NCBI GenBank assembly: GCA_039024555.1
Contig: JBCCQQ010000001.1
Location: forward strand, 320,001 to 384,000
Direction: 5' to 3'
Length of the DNA: 64,000 bases
From: Cyanobacteria bacterium P01_D01_bin.156
GTDB taxonomy: Bacteria > Cyanobacteriota > Cyanobacteriia > Phormidesmidales > Phormidesmidaceae
The first letter of the stretch is position 1. Each line of letters begins with the position of its first letter. Position numbers and translations under genes: made by a program. This document shows positions 8,194 to 19,257 of this stretch, piece after piece. The notes under the pieces were generated by a model. That model ran no database searches. It was not told where the DNA came from and worked only from the letters and a program-made list of their open reading frames with translations.

Positions 8194-11148
8194 CTAGTTC
8201 ACCAGTTCTTCTTCTAAATCCCGTAAAATCGTTGAGCCGCCTGATGAGCGTTTAGGATTAAACACAGCTTCTAAAGACTCTTCTAATGTAGGTGCCATGG
8301 CAATACGATTTTGATAGGCGACAATCACCCGCGCTAAAATCGGTAGCCGATTTTGTTCTGCTTCTAGATACAACGGTTCCACATACAGCAGCGAATCTTC
8401 AATGGGAATCACTAACAGATTTCCTTGATTTGCACGAGAGCCTTGGGTATTCCAAAGAGAAATTCGTTGGGAGATTTCTGGATCTTGGTTAATCCGTGCC
8501 TCAATTTGTTCAGGACCATACACTAGCTCCTGTTTTGGAAAGCGGTACAACAAAATACGCCCATACTGATTACCATCGGAACGTGCCGCTAGCCAAGCAA
8601 TTAGGTTATTGCGCTGAGCGGGCGTAAAGGGCCGCAATAAGACAAATTCTTCCTCTGCTTCTTCAGGCAGCTTCATAATCAAGTAGTAGGGTTCTACTAC
8701 TTGGGATTCATTGGCATAGATTTCATTGGGAGCTCGCCAGGTATCTTCTCGATTGTAGAAAATCCGTGGATCGGTCATGTGATAGACCAACAGCTGATTG
8801 GACTGAACTAAGGAATAGTCTTCGGGATAGCGAATATGGGCAGCTAAAGCCGGGGGCATGGACTCCAGAGGCTGCAACATATCAGGAAATAACCGCGCCC
8901 AGGTTTGAATAATGGGGTCAGTGGGGTCAGCAATATAAAATGCGACTGAACCGTTATAGGCATCTACTACGACTTTGATCGAGTTGCGGATATAGTTAAA
9001 CGGCTGGCCACCAGGGTCTGAATAGGGATAGCGATCGCTAGTGGTATAGGCATCAACAACCCAGTACAGGTAATTGCCCTCCGAGTCCACCGGGTTAGAA
9101 GCATCGGATGCAGATTGGGCGTTGGCATCGGCCACCACCAGATAGGGATCACTATCAAACTGAAGAAAAGGAGCAATTTCTTTAATGCGCTCTTGAATAT
9201 TGCGACGAAACAACAACTTCGTCTCAGCTGTAAAGTCACCAGTAAACAACATCTGCCAATCGGTCAGGTGCTTGGCAAACAACAAACGTCGCCAAAAGGC
9301 ACCTAAACCAATGCCCCCTTCGCCAGCGTAGGTGGTATACACGTTATCGTTTTCGCTGGGATAGTCTAGCTCCGGCACCTTTGTCCCGGTCATTACATAG
9401 TTATCGGTGAGTTCCCCAAAGTAAATTCGGGGCCGTCCAATCGGAATACTGCGGGCCACATCCTCATTGCTAGGGGCGTGGGCAATATCTTTAATAAAGT
9501 AGTCTGGTAGACCGCCGATCGCGGCTGTATTGACTGGGCTCATGGTAAACCCATAGCCGTGAGTGTAGCTCAAGTGCTTATTCACCCAGGTTTTAGCCGT
9601 GTCTTCTAGTTGCTCATAGTTGAGTTCACGGGCTGAAATCAGTACCTGGCGGCGTTCAGTCGTACCGTCGCTCTTTATCAACGTATACCGATCTACATCA
9701 GCATCCACAAATTCATAGTAGAGACGGATTTGCTGTAGCTGACGATTACTTTCTAGCAAAGGTCGGGTATCCCAAATGCGAATATTACGCACTGTCAGAT
9801 CGTTCTCTTCTAGCTTCTCGATAGTTAAGGTGCTTTTAGGATCAAAACTCTCTTCTTGAATATCTTTCAAATTAAAGGCATCTCGTGTAAAGGCGATAGC
9901 CCGCTCAATGTAGGGACGTTCTCGCTGAAACTCGTTTGGCTGTACTACTAACCGCTGCACTAGCCAGGGAGCAACACTCTCTCCAATGATGGCAACAGCG
10001 AGATAGGTAACCATGAGAACAATAAACGAAGGTAGCCGCTGCCGAGAAAGATGACGTTTATACCCAAACAGAGAACGGCCAAAGGCAACGAGTGCTAGAA
10101 CCAGGGTAATAATCGTAAGGGCCACCTGCACAGGTAAACCCACGTTCACATCAGTATAGCTGGCTCCATAGGTAACCCCCTGCTGGGAGTAGAGGAGCTC
10201 ATAGCAATTGAGCCAATGGCCCATAGCGGTAACCAACAACAGCCCTCCAGCCAAAACATACAAATGGCGCTGCTGGGGTGCAGAAAATCCAAGAAAGCGT
10301 CCCTGACTGAGGCTTTTGCCCGCTAACAAATACACCAGGAGAACAGCTACTAAGCTAAACCAAAACAGCCCGGAGAGCCAGAACTCTATCAGTTCTAAAA
10401 CAGGCAGTCTAAAAATGTAAAAACTAATATCTTGGTTGAAGAGGGGATCGCTCTGGCCAAAGCTAGTGGGGTTAAGGGCGGGTAGCACCCGTGACCATTG
10501 GGAAGACAGCACCACCCCAAAGCTGAGGCTTAGAAATAGGATTGAGAGCGCACTACTGATGTGGGGATACACGACAAACCCCAGCATGGCCAACAGCAAG
10601 AGTGCTCCCTGCCAGGGCTGTGTAACTACTACCTGCTGAGCCACCCGCCAAGCGGTATCGACATTGAGCCACAGGGGTAAGGGGGGCAGAGACTCGGCAC
10701 CATTCGCATGCCAGCGGAGCAGAGCCAACTGGCCATGGTAAAACACCAGCACCGCCAGCAGTAGGGCTAACCCCAGTGCCAGCGGCAACAGCTGCCGTAA
10801 CCCAATCCCCCGGCGACGGTTTTCATCACTGGGTACAACGCAGTAGTTCTCGAACTCTAGGCGTCTTGCTAACCATAGGTTTATCCCTGCAAATACAAAA
10901 CTGCCGATCAATGAGATCGCACCCAGAGCCCCTTGGGTCACTAACCGCAGCCAGAATGCCTCTAGGTAGTCCACCGACTGAAACCATAGCCCTTCCGCCA
11001 CAAAGTAGGTAACGATATCTAAGCTGAGGATCAGTGCGATCGCAGCCAGGCCCCAGGGCTGCCAACGAATACTGACAGATATACCAGATTTAGGTTGAGC
11101 TCGTTCCTGCACCGTCGCCATGGCCGCATCCAAAATAAGCGCTTTCAC
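8194..11148 (-). CDS. UPF0182 family membrane protein
   Basis: Motifs DPLFNQDISFYIFRLP, NIRIWD, YTHGYG, NYIRNS and LLYVEPLY. The start codon is uncertain (GTG 11148 or ATG 11121). Confidence 0.92.
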   Translation of the reverse strand: MKALILDAAMATVQERAQPKSGISVSIRWQPWGLAAIALILSLDIVTYFVAEGLWFQSVDYLEAFWLRLVTQGALGAISLIGSFVFAGINLWLARRLEFENYCVVPSDENRRRGIGLRQLLPLALGLALLLAVLVFYHGQLALLRWHANGAESLPPLPLWLNVDTAWRVAQQVVVTQPWQGALLLLAMLGFVVYPHISSALSILFLSLSFGVVLSSQWSRVLPALNPTSFGQSDPLFNQDISFYIFRLPVLELIEFWLSGLFWFSLVAVLLVYLLAGKSLSQGRFLGFSAPQQRHLYVLAGGLLLVTAMGHWLNCYELLYSQQGVTYGASYTDVNVGLPVQVALTIITLVLALVAFGRSLFGYKRHLSRQRLPSFIVLMVTYLAVAIIGESVAPWLVQRLVVQPNEFQRERPYIERAIAFTRDAFNLKDIQEESFDPKSTLTIEKLEENDLTVRNIRIWDTRPLLESNRQLQQIRLYYEFVDADVDRYTLIKSDGTTERRQVLISARELNYEQLEDTAKTWVNKHLSYTHGYGFTMSPVNTAAIGGLPDYFIKDIAHAPSNEDVARSIPIGRPRIYFGELTDNYVMTGTKVPELDYPSENDNVYTTYAGEGGIGLGAFWRRLLFAKHLTDWQMLFTGDFTAETKLLFRRNIQERIKEIAPFLQFDSDPYLVVADANAQSASDASNPVDSEGNYLYWVVDAYTTSDRYPYSDPGGQPFNYIRNSIKVVVDAYNGSVAFYIADPTDPIIQTWARLFPDMLQPLESMPPALAAHIRYPEDYSLVQSNQLLVYHMTDPRIFYNREDTWRAPNEIYANESQVVEPYYLIMKLPEEAEEEFVLLRPFTPAQRNNLIAWLAARSDGNQYGRILLYRFPKQELVYGPEQIEARINQDPEISQRISLWNTQGSRANQGNLLVIPIEDSLLYVEPLYLEAEQNRLPILARVIVAYQNRIAMAPTLEESLEAVFNPKRSSGGSTILRDLEEELVN
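9031..9038. repeat. HIP1 octamer GCGATCGC (representative copy; about 20 in the window, e.g. 12921, 19221, 22271, 30364)
   Basis: Exact octamer seen repeatedly. HIP1 is a hallmark of many cyanobacterial genomes. Confidence 0.9.
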
Positions 11149-11190
11149 TCTAGCGTAGCGGACCTAATTACGTCTCAATCCATAATTCCA

Positions 11191-12156
11191 TCAAAGCAGA
11201 CCAAACACAGTCCCCATAAACCAAGCATAGAGTAACAGAAACAACCAGCCTTCCCAGGTAGTAATCTTGTTATCCTGCACAATAAAAAACATCAGTAGCG
11301 AGGCCGCCAGTAGTGTCGGCACACTGTGGGTCAACAGCGACTCCGAGACCGGTAACGACGCCACCATCCCCGGAATCCCGATCACCACAAAGATATTAAA
11401 AATATTTGAGCCAACAACATTCCCCACTGCCAGCTCCGCCTTATCTTTGAAAGCAGCATTAATCGTAACCATGAGCTCTGGCAATGAAGTTCCAATGGCC
11501 ACAGCACTAATGGCGATAATCTCTCTTCCTATATTTAGTCGGTCAGAAATTTTAATCAATGAATCAATGGTGTAATTAGCCCCCAGAAAGATAAAAATTC
11601 CACTCACGACTAATATCAACAAGTAGCGAGCAATCTGAGATGTACGATTAGCCATCTCGGTATTCGATTGCCCATCATCCGACGTATTAGCCTCCTCACT
11701 ACTTTTTAGAATGTAGAAAAGATAAACGATGTAACCCAAAAAAAGGATTAGCGCTTCTCCTCGGGAGAATCGTTGATCCGATGTCCCCATGAGGGCGAAC
11801 AAAAATGCCGAGCCCACAAACAGCGGCAGGTCCACACTGATGAGGTTGTACATCACCCGTAGGAGTTTTCGGCTCATAATGGCGGCAGTCCCCACCACCA
11901 AACAAATGTTGGCAATGTTAGAACCAATCACATTGCTGGCCACCACCTCTGAGGCCCCTTGAAAAATCCCAAACAGAGACGACAAGAGCTCTGGTAGTGA
12001 CGTCCCCATCGAGACAATCGTCACCCCCACAATAAAAGGCGGAAGCCCCATAGCTAGACCTAATTTTTCAGCAGCATCGGTAAAAAAGTCCGAAGCAATT
12101 ACTAATGCGGCTAGACCAACAACAAAAATCAGTAACAGGAGCGGCAGAGAATCCAT
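11191..12156 (-). CDS. Calcium/sodium antiporter (YrbG/CaCA family)
   Basis: Two alpha repeats, GTSLPEL...GSNIAN and GTSLPEL...GSNIFN, with about 10 TM helices. Confidence 0.92.
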   Translation of the reverse strand: MDSLPLLLLIFVVGLAALVIASDFFTDAAEKLGLAMGLPPFIVGVTIVSMGTSLPELLSSLFGIFQGASEVVASNVIGSNIANICLVVGTAAIMSRKLLRVMYNLISVDLPLFVGSAFLFALMGTSDQRFSRGEALILFLGYIVYLFYILKSSEEANTSDDGQSNTEMANRTSQIARYLLILVVSGIFIFLGANYTIDSLIKISDRLNIGREIIAISAVAIGTSLPELMVTINAAFKDKAELAVGNVVGSNIFNIFVVIGIPGMVASLPVSESLLTHSVPTLLAASLLMFFIVQDNKITTWEGWLFLLLYAWFMGTVFGLL

Positions 12157-12467
12157 AGGGTAAAAAACAGCGTTGCATTGTCTAAATCAGCAACGGCATA
12201 AGGACAGATTGAGTGCTTGATGATCAGGCTCACCATCCTACCGGAGATATTAGGCCACAGCTTATCAATGTCATCGATCAGCAATGCGACAACCTAGCAC
12301 ATGTTTACAGTTCCCTAGGAAACCAAGCAAGTCTGATGACCACACAAATAGAATTTGGAAGTTCGGAATTCGGAGTCATGAAATCATCCCCATGGGCTGC
12401 TGTTCGGCACAACCTAGGATTTCCCTTTAAAATCCTAGGTGGACTTTTATATACGAGTATTCCCCCT

Positions 12468-13127
12468 ATGCTTGCCGCGAGTCAGCGTCAGAAACTTGAC
12501 GAAGCTAACGATTCTTTGTTTTATTCTGCCCCCCGCTTTGTAACCCACGTTGATGAACGGTTTATTGAACAGCTAACTGAGCTCTATCAAGAACGACTCC
12601 AGCCCAACAGCTGTATCCTCGACATGATGAGTAGTTGGGTTTCCCATCTGCCCTCGGATATGGAATTTTCTAGGGTGGAAGGCCATGGCATGAACATCGA
12701 AGAGCTCGCTAAAAACCCCCGATTAGATAGCTACTTTGTACAGAACCTGAACAACAATCAAACGCTTCCCTTTGAAGACCGAACCTTCGATGCTGTCCTC
12801 AACACGGTATCTGTACAGTATTTGCAATATCCCGAAGCTATTTTTGCCGAAATTTACCGGGTCCTGAAACCTGGTGGCATTGCCATCGTTAGCTTTTCTA
12901 ATCGGATGTTTTACCAGAAAGCGATCGCAGCCTGGCGTGATAGCAGCGATGCCAGCCACATTGCACTGGTTAAGCAGTATTTTGAATCTGTCAAAGGCTT
13001 TAGTCGGCCCGAAGTTGTCGCCAACCAGGGGCCAGCCATGAACCCCTTGCTACAGATGATGGGCATGGCCAGCAGCGATCCGTTTTATGCAGTGATTGCC
13101 GAACGGATGGAAGTTCTGGTCAGCTAA
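12468..13127 (+). CDS. Class I SAM-dependent methyltransferase (type 11)
   Basis: FYSAPRFVTHVD, ILDMMSSWVSHLP and RVLKPGG. The likely start is ATG 12468, not the 12213 start of the ORF track. Confidence 0.85.
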   Translation: MLAASQRQKLDEANDSLFYSAPRFVTHVDERFIEQLTELYQERLQPNSCILDMMSSWVSHLPSDMEFSRVEGHGMNIEELAKNPRLDSYFVQNLNNNQTLPFEDRTFDAVLNTVSVQYLQYPEAIFAEIYRVLKPGGIAIVSFSNRMFYQKAIAAWRDSSDASHIALVKQYFESVKGFSRPEVVANQGPAMNPLLQMMGMASSDPFYAVIAERMEVLVS

Positions 13128-13150
13128 GCTAGCAAAACCTTTAGGCAGTT

Positions 13151-15058
13151 CTACGGATGACTGACTGCCAGTCGATTGCGCTGATCAATTTTATAAATCG
13201 CCCAGCCAGCCTCTGAGTCAACAAGTGTACCTTGTAAATCGGGATGCCACTCAGGTCGAGTCAGAATATAGTCAGCATTGAATTCCCGAGCTGCCCGTAC
13301 CAGTTCACTTGCAGTCCTCTCAGCAAACAACTTGTCCATATTATGCCGATTAAGCGGCAACTTAAACGAGCCAAGAACTCTAGTCAAACGCCGAGACCAT
13401 TCCTCATATCCCGCATCTGTAAATGGAGAACTATATAAATTAAATACAACGGAGCGCTGAGAATAAAAGCGAAAAGTTGTCATCGAGGGCGGCGTTAAAA
13501 CTAGTGCATCTGCACTACTAATTGTTTGAAACCTAGAAGCTAGGCGAGTTAAGCTATCTGTTTTATGCTTGTATATGGTAATTCGCTCATTAACAATTTT
13601 AGAGAATGGAGCAGGGAGTTGTTCAAATACAGCCAGCCCCAAGATACCCACTAAACCGAAGGCTCCTGCCAAGAATAATCTAGTGGACTTACTACCCCAT
13701 TTTCTCAACCACTTTGCATAGTTGGCCTCTACCCATGTGGGCAACAGCAGCGCAGACATTAGCATAAGCGGCATCAACAGATTTAACCATATTTCTTCAG
13801 CATCTATGGGCTGAGGGTAAGCTGCCAGCAATAGAATTGAGATGCCTAACATTGCCCGGGAGGAAAATCGTGTGACTTTCTGCAGTAGCTCAGAATAGCG
13901 ATTATCCACCAGATTAATCGCTATTGCCATCACCAACATCAACATGCCTCCATTGTGTAGCCCAGGGATAATCAACAGAGCAACAGCAAGAGATTTATCG
14001 CCTTTCTTCCAGTACTCACTGGCCAAGATCGCCACAACAATTAGTATCATCAGCTGTGCAAAAGGAGTGGTTCTTGCCAACTGAAGCTTTGCAAATGTAG
14101 CCAACGGATAAACTTCTACAAATAAATAGCCCCACAGCAACCCTATTAAGGACCCAATCACAACTAGACCCAGCCTAACTTTGTCTTCTCTACCGATGCG
14201 CTTGACACGCAACAGATATAAAAAGCCTGCTGAGATAAAACAGACAAAATTACGCCATGTGCGTCCAGGCCAATGGGTCGGAAGAATATGATGCGGATGC
14301 CGAATGTACCCATATAAGTAAATAAATTCTTCATTGCTGATCAGCCCTGTTCCTGTCTTACCCATAAGCACCATGGGAACATAAACTAGCCCCGCAAAGC
14401 CGATGAGTATGCTCAATGGGGGGAGCACCATTATCATTTTTTTATGGCGCCAGGCATCTAAAAACAACAATGGCACCATGAGACCTGCTGGCAAGAGCCC
14501 CACTAGAAACTGAATCATACAGGCAACTCCAAACAAGCTGTAGCCCCATATCCAGCGTCGCGCCAAACAAAAGTATACTCCCCATATAACAAGTCCCATC
14601 GCAAAAATAGCGGGGATAGGCTCACTTCTAAAGAGAGACACATAGCCAACGGTGCCATCTACAGCTGTGAATCCCAGGAAACATAGTCCTACAGCTGTCA
14701 ACCGATTCTTACCAAAGAATAATCCAATGGAATATAGACCTATAAGATAACTTGCAAATGCCGCAATATAAGCACCGAAATAAACAGTAGGCAGACTTTT
14801 AATAATTTTGGCAAAAGCAAACATCAGATACTGATAGTAGTATCTGGGTGTCATTTGTAAGGCATCTTGTACGTAATAATCGTTACTATAGGCCCCTGCC
14901 TTTAGAAGTGCCACAATGGGAGGCATTTCAATAAGCGTATTAGAAGTCGGAAATTTATACCCAACTGCAATCAGCGCCACTGCAACAACAATGATATAGG
15001 TTGGCACAGCCATACTACGGGGTAACCGGCCAACTTGCTCAATATTCTCTTGATTCAT
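13151..15058 (-). CDS. Polytopic membrane protein, DUF6798-like; possibly a GT-C-type surface-glycan enzyme
   Basis: More than 10 hydrophobic segments, an early D-Y-Y-V loop, an RHPHH motif and a soluble C-terminal domain (FRFYSQRSVVF, EEWSRRL). The function is inference only. Confidence 0.55.
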   Translation of the reverse strand: MNQENIEQVGRLPRSMAVPTYIIVVAVALIAVGYKFPTSNTLIEMPPIVALLKAGAYSNDYYVQDALQMTPRYYYQYLMFAFAKIIKSLPTVYFGAYIAAFASYLIGLYSIGLFFGKNRLTAVGLCFLGFTAVDGTVGYVSLFRSEPIPAIFAMGLVIWGVYFCLARRWIWGYSLFGVACMIQFLVGLLPAGLMVPLLFLDAWRHKKMIMVLPPLSILIGFAGLVYVPMVLMGKTGTGLISNEEFIYLYGYIRHPHHILPTHWPGRTWRNFVCFISAGFLYLLRVKRIGREDKVRLGLVVIGSLIGLLWGYLFVEVYPLATFAKLQLARTTPFAQLMILIVVAILASEYWKKGDKSLAVALLIIPGLHNGGMLMLVMAIAINLVDNRYSELLQKVTRFSSRAMLGISILLLAAYPQPIDAEEIWLNLLMPLMLMSALLLPTWVEANYAKWLRKWGSKSTRLFLAGAFGLVGILGLAVFEQLPAPFSKIVNERITIYKHKTDSLTRLASRFQTISSADALVLTPPSMTTFRFYSQRSVVFNLYSSPFTDAGYEEWSRRLTRVLGSFKLPLNRHNMDKLFAERTASELVRAAREFNADYILTRPEWHPDLQGTLVDSEAGWAIYKIDQRNRLAVSHP

Positions 15059-15322
15059 GGAATGATCTCAACTGGATCCGACTGTTGGTATGGTTCAAGC
15101 AACAGTAGATGATACTGCAGTCACAACAGCATCAGAAATAAAACAACTTGGTCAACGACCACATTCAGCATGCCCCGAGACATAGTGGGTCTACCAAAGT
15201 AGCGAGACTACCGTTTTGGTGTATTAACCTCTGATTCAGATTGCTCAGGAATAACCCCCGTATCACCAGCCAGAACACTCTCCGTGAAGCTTAGAGATAG
15301 GTCGCACTTATGCTACAGATCT

Positions 15323-15937
15323 TCACTGCTTGCCATAAGCCTTCCAAGCCAGATCAATCAGACCATTAAAAATGGCTACTGCCACGACCGTACTTCCCTT
15401 TCGGCCTCCAATGCATATACTAGGCATTAGACTGTCTTTCAAGCGAGATTTGGTCACCTCCGCTTCCAAAAAACCAGCGGGGGTAGCAATCACCAACGCT
15501 GGTCGAATCACATCGGTTTCAATCAGCTGTACCAAATTATCCAGGGCTGGTTGAGAATGGCCAATCACAAAGATCGCTTCTGGATATCGCCGCGCTAGGG
15601 TTTCTATTCCCCATGCAGCCTTAGAATGCTCTTTTTGCGGTCGGGTAATGGCATCCATAGCGCTGTACACCGGATTCGCAAAGGTGGCCTGCAACCTGGG
15701 TGTAATACCTGCCTGGGCCATGGGACCATCCACAATAACTGTAGTGCGGGCGGCCAAAGCCGCTGCCCCCGAAGGTAGCGCTTGGTCAGAAAACTGAATT
15801 AGATCCTTATATTCGTAGTCAGCAGTGGCATAGATAACGCGACGCACAATTTCATACTCAGCGGGAGCGAATGTATGTTGACCTATTTCTTGATCAATGA
15901 TGCGTAAACTCTGGGCGTCGGTAATGTGCCATTCCAT
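15323..15937 (-). CDS. Precorrin-8X methylmutase (CobH/CbiC)-like paralogue
   Basis: SLRIID.E, IVRRVIYATAD, PALVIATPAGF and GRKGSTVVAVAIFN. The likely start is ATG 15937 (MEWH). Confidence 0.8.
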   Translation of the reverse strand: MEWHITDAQSLRIIDQEIGQHTFAPAEYEIVRRVIYATADYEYKDLIQFSDQALPSGAAALAARTTVIVDGPMAQAGITPRLQATFANPVYSAMDAITRPQKEHSKAAWGIETLARRYPEAIFVIGHSQPALDNLVQLIETDVIRPALVIATPAGFLEAEVTKSRLKDSLMPSICIGGRKGSTVVAVAIFNGLIDLAWKAYGKQ

Positions 15938-16418
15938 ATAGAGTGCTTGTTTTGCCAGTCTCAATAGACTAGCATCGTCAGCCGATTTTCCAGCATGTTA
16001 GCTAGGGCAATCATCGACATCAAATATTTATATCTAGGATTTTTTCATCTCAGTCCTGATTTAAAGCAAAGAGATTTCCTGCAAGGAAACCATTGAATAA
16101 GTAAAAATGCTTACTCTCAAGAACTTATGCCGCAAGGCTTTAGGGCCATTTGACAAGCATGATTTATTGATTTTAGCCTTATCCAAATCAGGTTAAGTGA
16201 CGATAGATCGGTCGTTCCACGTCATGTATACAGTAGGAAAGGTGCCCCCTTGGTCTGATATTCTTGAAGCTATCAAAGGCGCTCAAATAATCTTAATACC
16301 GCTGTTGAGGATAAGTCTGGAAAGCGGCCATGGGATTTGGCAGTGCCTCCCCAGAGCTATATCCCGAAAAGCAGCGGCATCGTCTTGGTAACAGCAGGCA
16401 GTTTGGAGGAAATACGCA

Positions 16419-17456
16419 GTGGAAAGTACCCTCGGATTAGAAATTATTGAAGTTGTCGAGCAGGCTGCGATCGCATCTGCTCGCTGGATGGGTAAAGGTG
16501 AAAAGGACATCGCTGACGAGGTAGCTGTAGAAGCTATGCGTGAGCGCATGAATAAGATTCACATGCGCGGCAAAATCGTTATCGGTGAAGGTGAGCGCGA
16601 CGATGCACCCATGCTTTACATCGGTGAAGAAGTGGGCATCTGCACCCAGCCCGATGCTGAGAAAGTATGCAACCCCGAAGAGCTAATTGAAATCGACATT
16701 GCTGTTGACCCCTGCGAAGGTACTAACCTTTGTGCTTACGGTCAGCCTGGCTCCATGGCTGTACTCGCTATCTCTGAAAAGGGTGGTTTGTTTGCAGCAC
16801 CTGACTTCTACATGAATAAGCTAGCTGCTCCCCCAGCGGCTAAAGGCAAAGTAGATATTACCAAGTCTGCCACCGAGAACCTCAAGATTTTGGGTGAGTG
16901 CCTAGATCGCGCCATCGACGAGCTTGTAGTTGTAGTTATGAAGCGTTCTCGCCACGATGACCTAATTAAAGAAATTCGTGATGCCGGTGCTCGTGTTCGC
17001 CTGATTAGCGACGGTGACGTCTCTGCTGCTATCTCCTGTGGTTTCTCTGGTACTAACACCCACGCCCTGATGGGTATTGGTGCTGCACCTGAAGGGGTAA
17101 TTTCTGCAGCGGCCATGCGCTGCTTGGGCGGTCACTTCCAGGGCCAGCTAATCTACGATCCTGCTATCGTAAAGACCGGTCTGATTGGTGAGAGCAAGGA
17201 AGCTAACCTAGAGCGTCTAGCATCCATGGGCATCACTGACCCTGATAAGATCTATAGTGCTGAAGAACTCGCCTGTGGTGAGACTGTTCTGTTTGCTGGC
17301 TGCGGTATCACTCCTGGCCTACTAATGAATGGCGTGCGCTTCTTTAAGGGCGGTGCTCGTACTCAAACATTGGTTATTTCTAACCAGTCCAAGACTGCTC
17401 GCTTTGTGGACACTATCCACATGGCAGATAACCCCAGCTACGTCTCCTTGAAATAG
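16419..17456 (+). CDS. glpX: Fructose-1,6-/sedoheptulose-1,7-bisphosphatase class II
   Basis: [34 protein letters not shown] and [17 protein letters not shown] before the GTG start. Confidence 0.97.
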   Translation: MESTLGLEIIEVVEQAAIASARWMGKGEKDIADEVAVEAMRERMNKIHMRGKIVIGEGERDDAPMLYIGEEVGICTQPDAEKVCNPEELIEIDIAVDPCEGTNLCAYGQPGSMAVLAISEKGGLFAAPDFYMNKLAAPPAAKGKVDITKSATENLKILGECLDRAIDELVVVVMKRSRHDDLIKEIRDAGARVRLISDGDVSAAISCGFSGTNTHALMGIGAAPEGVISAAAMRCLGGHFQGQLIYDPAIVKTGLIGESKEANLERLASMGITDPDKIYSAEELACGETVLFAGCGITPGLLMNGVRFFKGGARTQTLVISNQSKTARFVDTIHMADNPSYVSLK

Positions 17457-17473
17457 CCCTTAGACTCAAGGGT

Positions 17474-17564
17474 CCCCTCCTGGGAGGGGCAGTGGGGTGG
17501 GTTTCGACACCCATTAGGCTAGATCGACTAAGCCCACCCCGCCCTTGGGACATCCCTCCGAGGG
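17474..17564. repeat. G/C-rich palindromic dispersed repeat downstream of glpX
   Basis: CCCCTCC-TG-GGAGGGG hairpin, then GGGGTGGGTT...AGCCCACCCC stem. It shares GGGTTTCGA with the elements at 2881 and 29105. Confidence 0.6.
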
Positions 17565-17843
17565 CAAGATTAGCTCGGAAATATCTTCTGCAAATAACAC
17601 TCTGGCTGTTGACAAATGGTCAGAGTGTTCTTGTGTCTATATGTCATTTGGTAACGGTTGGCACCATTTGATGGACTTTTGTTGAGAAACCTTGAGTTGG
17701 GGTAGGTTTTTCTCTAATTTCAATAGGGAGCGGTCACTGGCGCGGTATCGCTAGAACGCTGACTCTATAAATGTTAAAACCAATCAGTAAAGCGAGCGTC
17801 CGGCACGTCGGGCTTTTAATAAAGGATCTTTTTGGGAGGAAGA

Positions 17844-19133
17844 ATGAATATTGCCGTTATTGGCCTTAGCCATAAGACTGCACCGGTCGAGGTTCGCGAA
17901 AAGCTTAGTATTCCAACACCTAAGATTGAGGGTGCGATCGCAAGACTCACCAGCTATCCCCACGTTAGAGAAGTCTCAATTCTTAGCACCTGCAACCGCC
18001 TCGAGCTACACGTAGTCCTTAGCGACACCGAGAACGGTATTCGGGAAGTTACCCAATTTTTGGCCGAGTACGGCGAAGTTCCTGTAGAAGCATTACGCCC
18101 CCACCTATTTATCTTGGTTCAGCAGGATGCCATCATGCATCTACTGCGCGTTTCCTCAGGTCTAGATAGTCTGGTTCTGGGCGAAGGGCAGATTCTGGCC
18201 CAAGTGAAACACGCCTTAGCCGAAAGCCAAAAGCATCAGGGCGTTGGTCGTGTGCTTAGCCGCCTGTTTAAAGACGCCATCAAAACCGGTAAGCGTGTGC
18301 GCACCGAAACTAGCATTGGCACTGGTGCTGTTTCCGTTAGTTCTGCCGCTGCCGAGCTAGCCCAAATGAAGGTGCCCGACTTTACCAACTGCCATATCAC
18401 CATTATTGGTGCGGGTAAAATGGGTCGCCTGTTGGTTAAGCACCTCGTATCCAAGCGGGCTGTTAACATCACCCTGCTTAACCGCAGCATCCAGCGGGCC
18501 GATGACTTAGCGGCTGACTATAGCCACGTAGATATTAAAACCGGCACCATGGAGAAAATGGACGCCGCTGTCACGAAGGCCGATATCGTCTTCACCTGTA
18601 CGTCTTCTGAGGAGCCCGTTCTCCATAAGGACAATGTGCAGTCCTGTTTAGCCGGTCGTCCTCTTAGCCTGTTTGATATTTCTGTGCCCCGTAACGTGCA
18701 TAAGAATGTGGAGGAGCTGGACGGAGTAAAGTCCTACACCGTGGATGACCTCAAGGAAGTAGTGGCTAAAAATCAGGAAAGCCGTCGCCAGATGGCCCAG
18801 GAAGCGGAAGGCATCTTAGATCAGGAACTAAACCAGTTCGTAAAGTGGTGGAAGTCTCTAGATACGGTAGCTACTATCAGCAGTCTACGTACTAAGGTAG
18901 AAGCCATTCGTGAGCAGGAGCTGGAGAAAGCCCTGTCTCGCCTAGGTGCTGATTTTTCGGATAAGCACCGCAATGTAGTGGAAGCCCTGTCTCGCGGCAT
19001 TGTAAACAAGATTCTGCATGACCCCATGACCCAACTACGGGCACAGGAAGATACTGAATCGCGTAAGCAGGCGATGGAGACGCTACAGGTATTGTTTAAT
19101 CTGGAAGAGAAAAAGGCTGCAGCGAAGCGTTAA
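17844..19133 (+). CDS. hemA: Glutamyl-tRNA reductase
   Basis: [47 protein letters not shown] and [17 protein letters not shown] before ATG 17844. Confidence 0.97.
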   Translation: MNIAVIGLSHKTAPVEVREKLSIPTPKIEGAIARLTSYPHVREVSILSTCNRLELHVVLSDTENGIREVTQFLAEYGEVPVEALRPHLFILVQQDAIMHLLRVSSGLDSLVLGEGQILAQVKHALAESQKHQGVGRVLSRLFKDAIKTGKRVRTETSIGTGAVSVSSAAAELAQMKVPDFTNCHITIIGAGKMGRLLVKHLVSKRAVNITLLNRSIQRADDLAADYSHVDIKTGTMEKMDAAVTKADIVFTCTSSEEPVLHKDNVQSCLAGRPLSLFDISVPRNVHKNVEELDGVKSYTVDDLKEVVAKNQESRRQMAQEAEGILDQELNQFVKWWKSLDTVATISSLRTKVEAIREQELEKALSRLGADFSDKHRNVVEALSRGIVNKILHDPMTQLRAQEDTESRKQAMETLQVLFNLEEKKAAAKR

Positions 19134-19257
19134 TCGTCTCTACAGTTAGAAATTCTCAGCTAAGCCATTCCTCTGCAATTAAGATAAAGGAGCTAAGCAC
19201 TTGCTTAGCTCTTTTTTTGTGCGATCGCACTTTCTTCCCCCGCTAGCTCCCCAGATT

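Noticed and set aside
12213..12467. 85-aa N-terminal extension of the methyltransferase
   Set aside because: Family similarity starts at ATG 12468. The extension crosses a divergent promoter region with short tandem GGAATTC/GGAAGTTC-like repeats.
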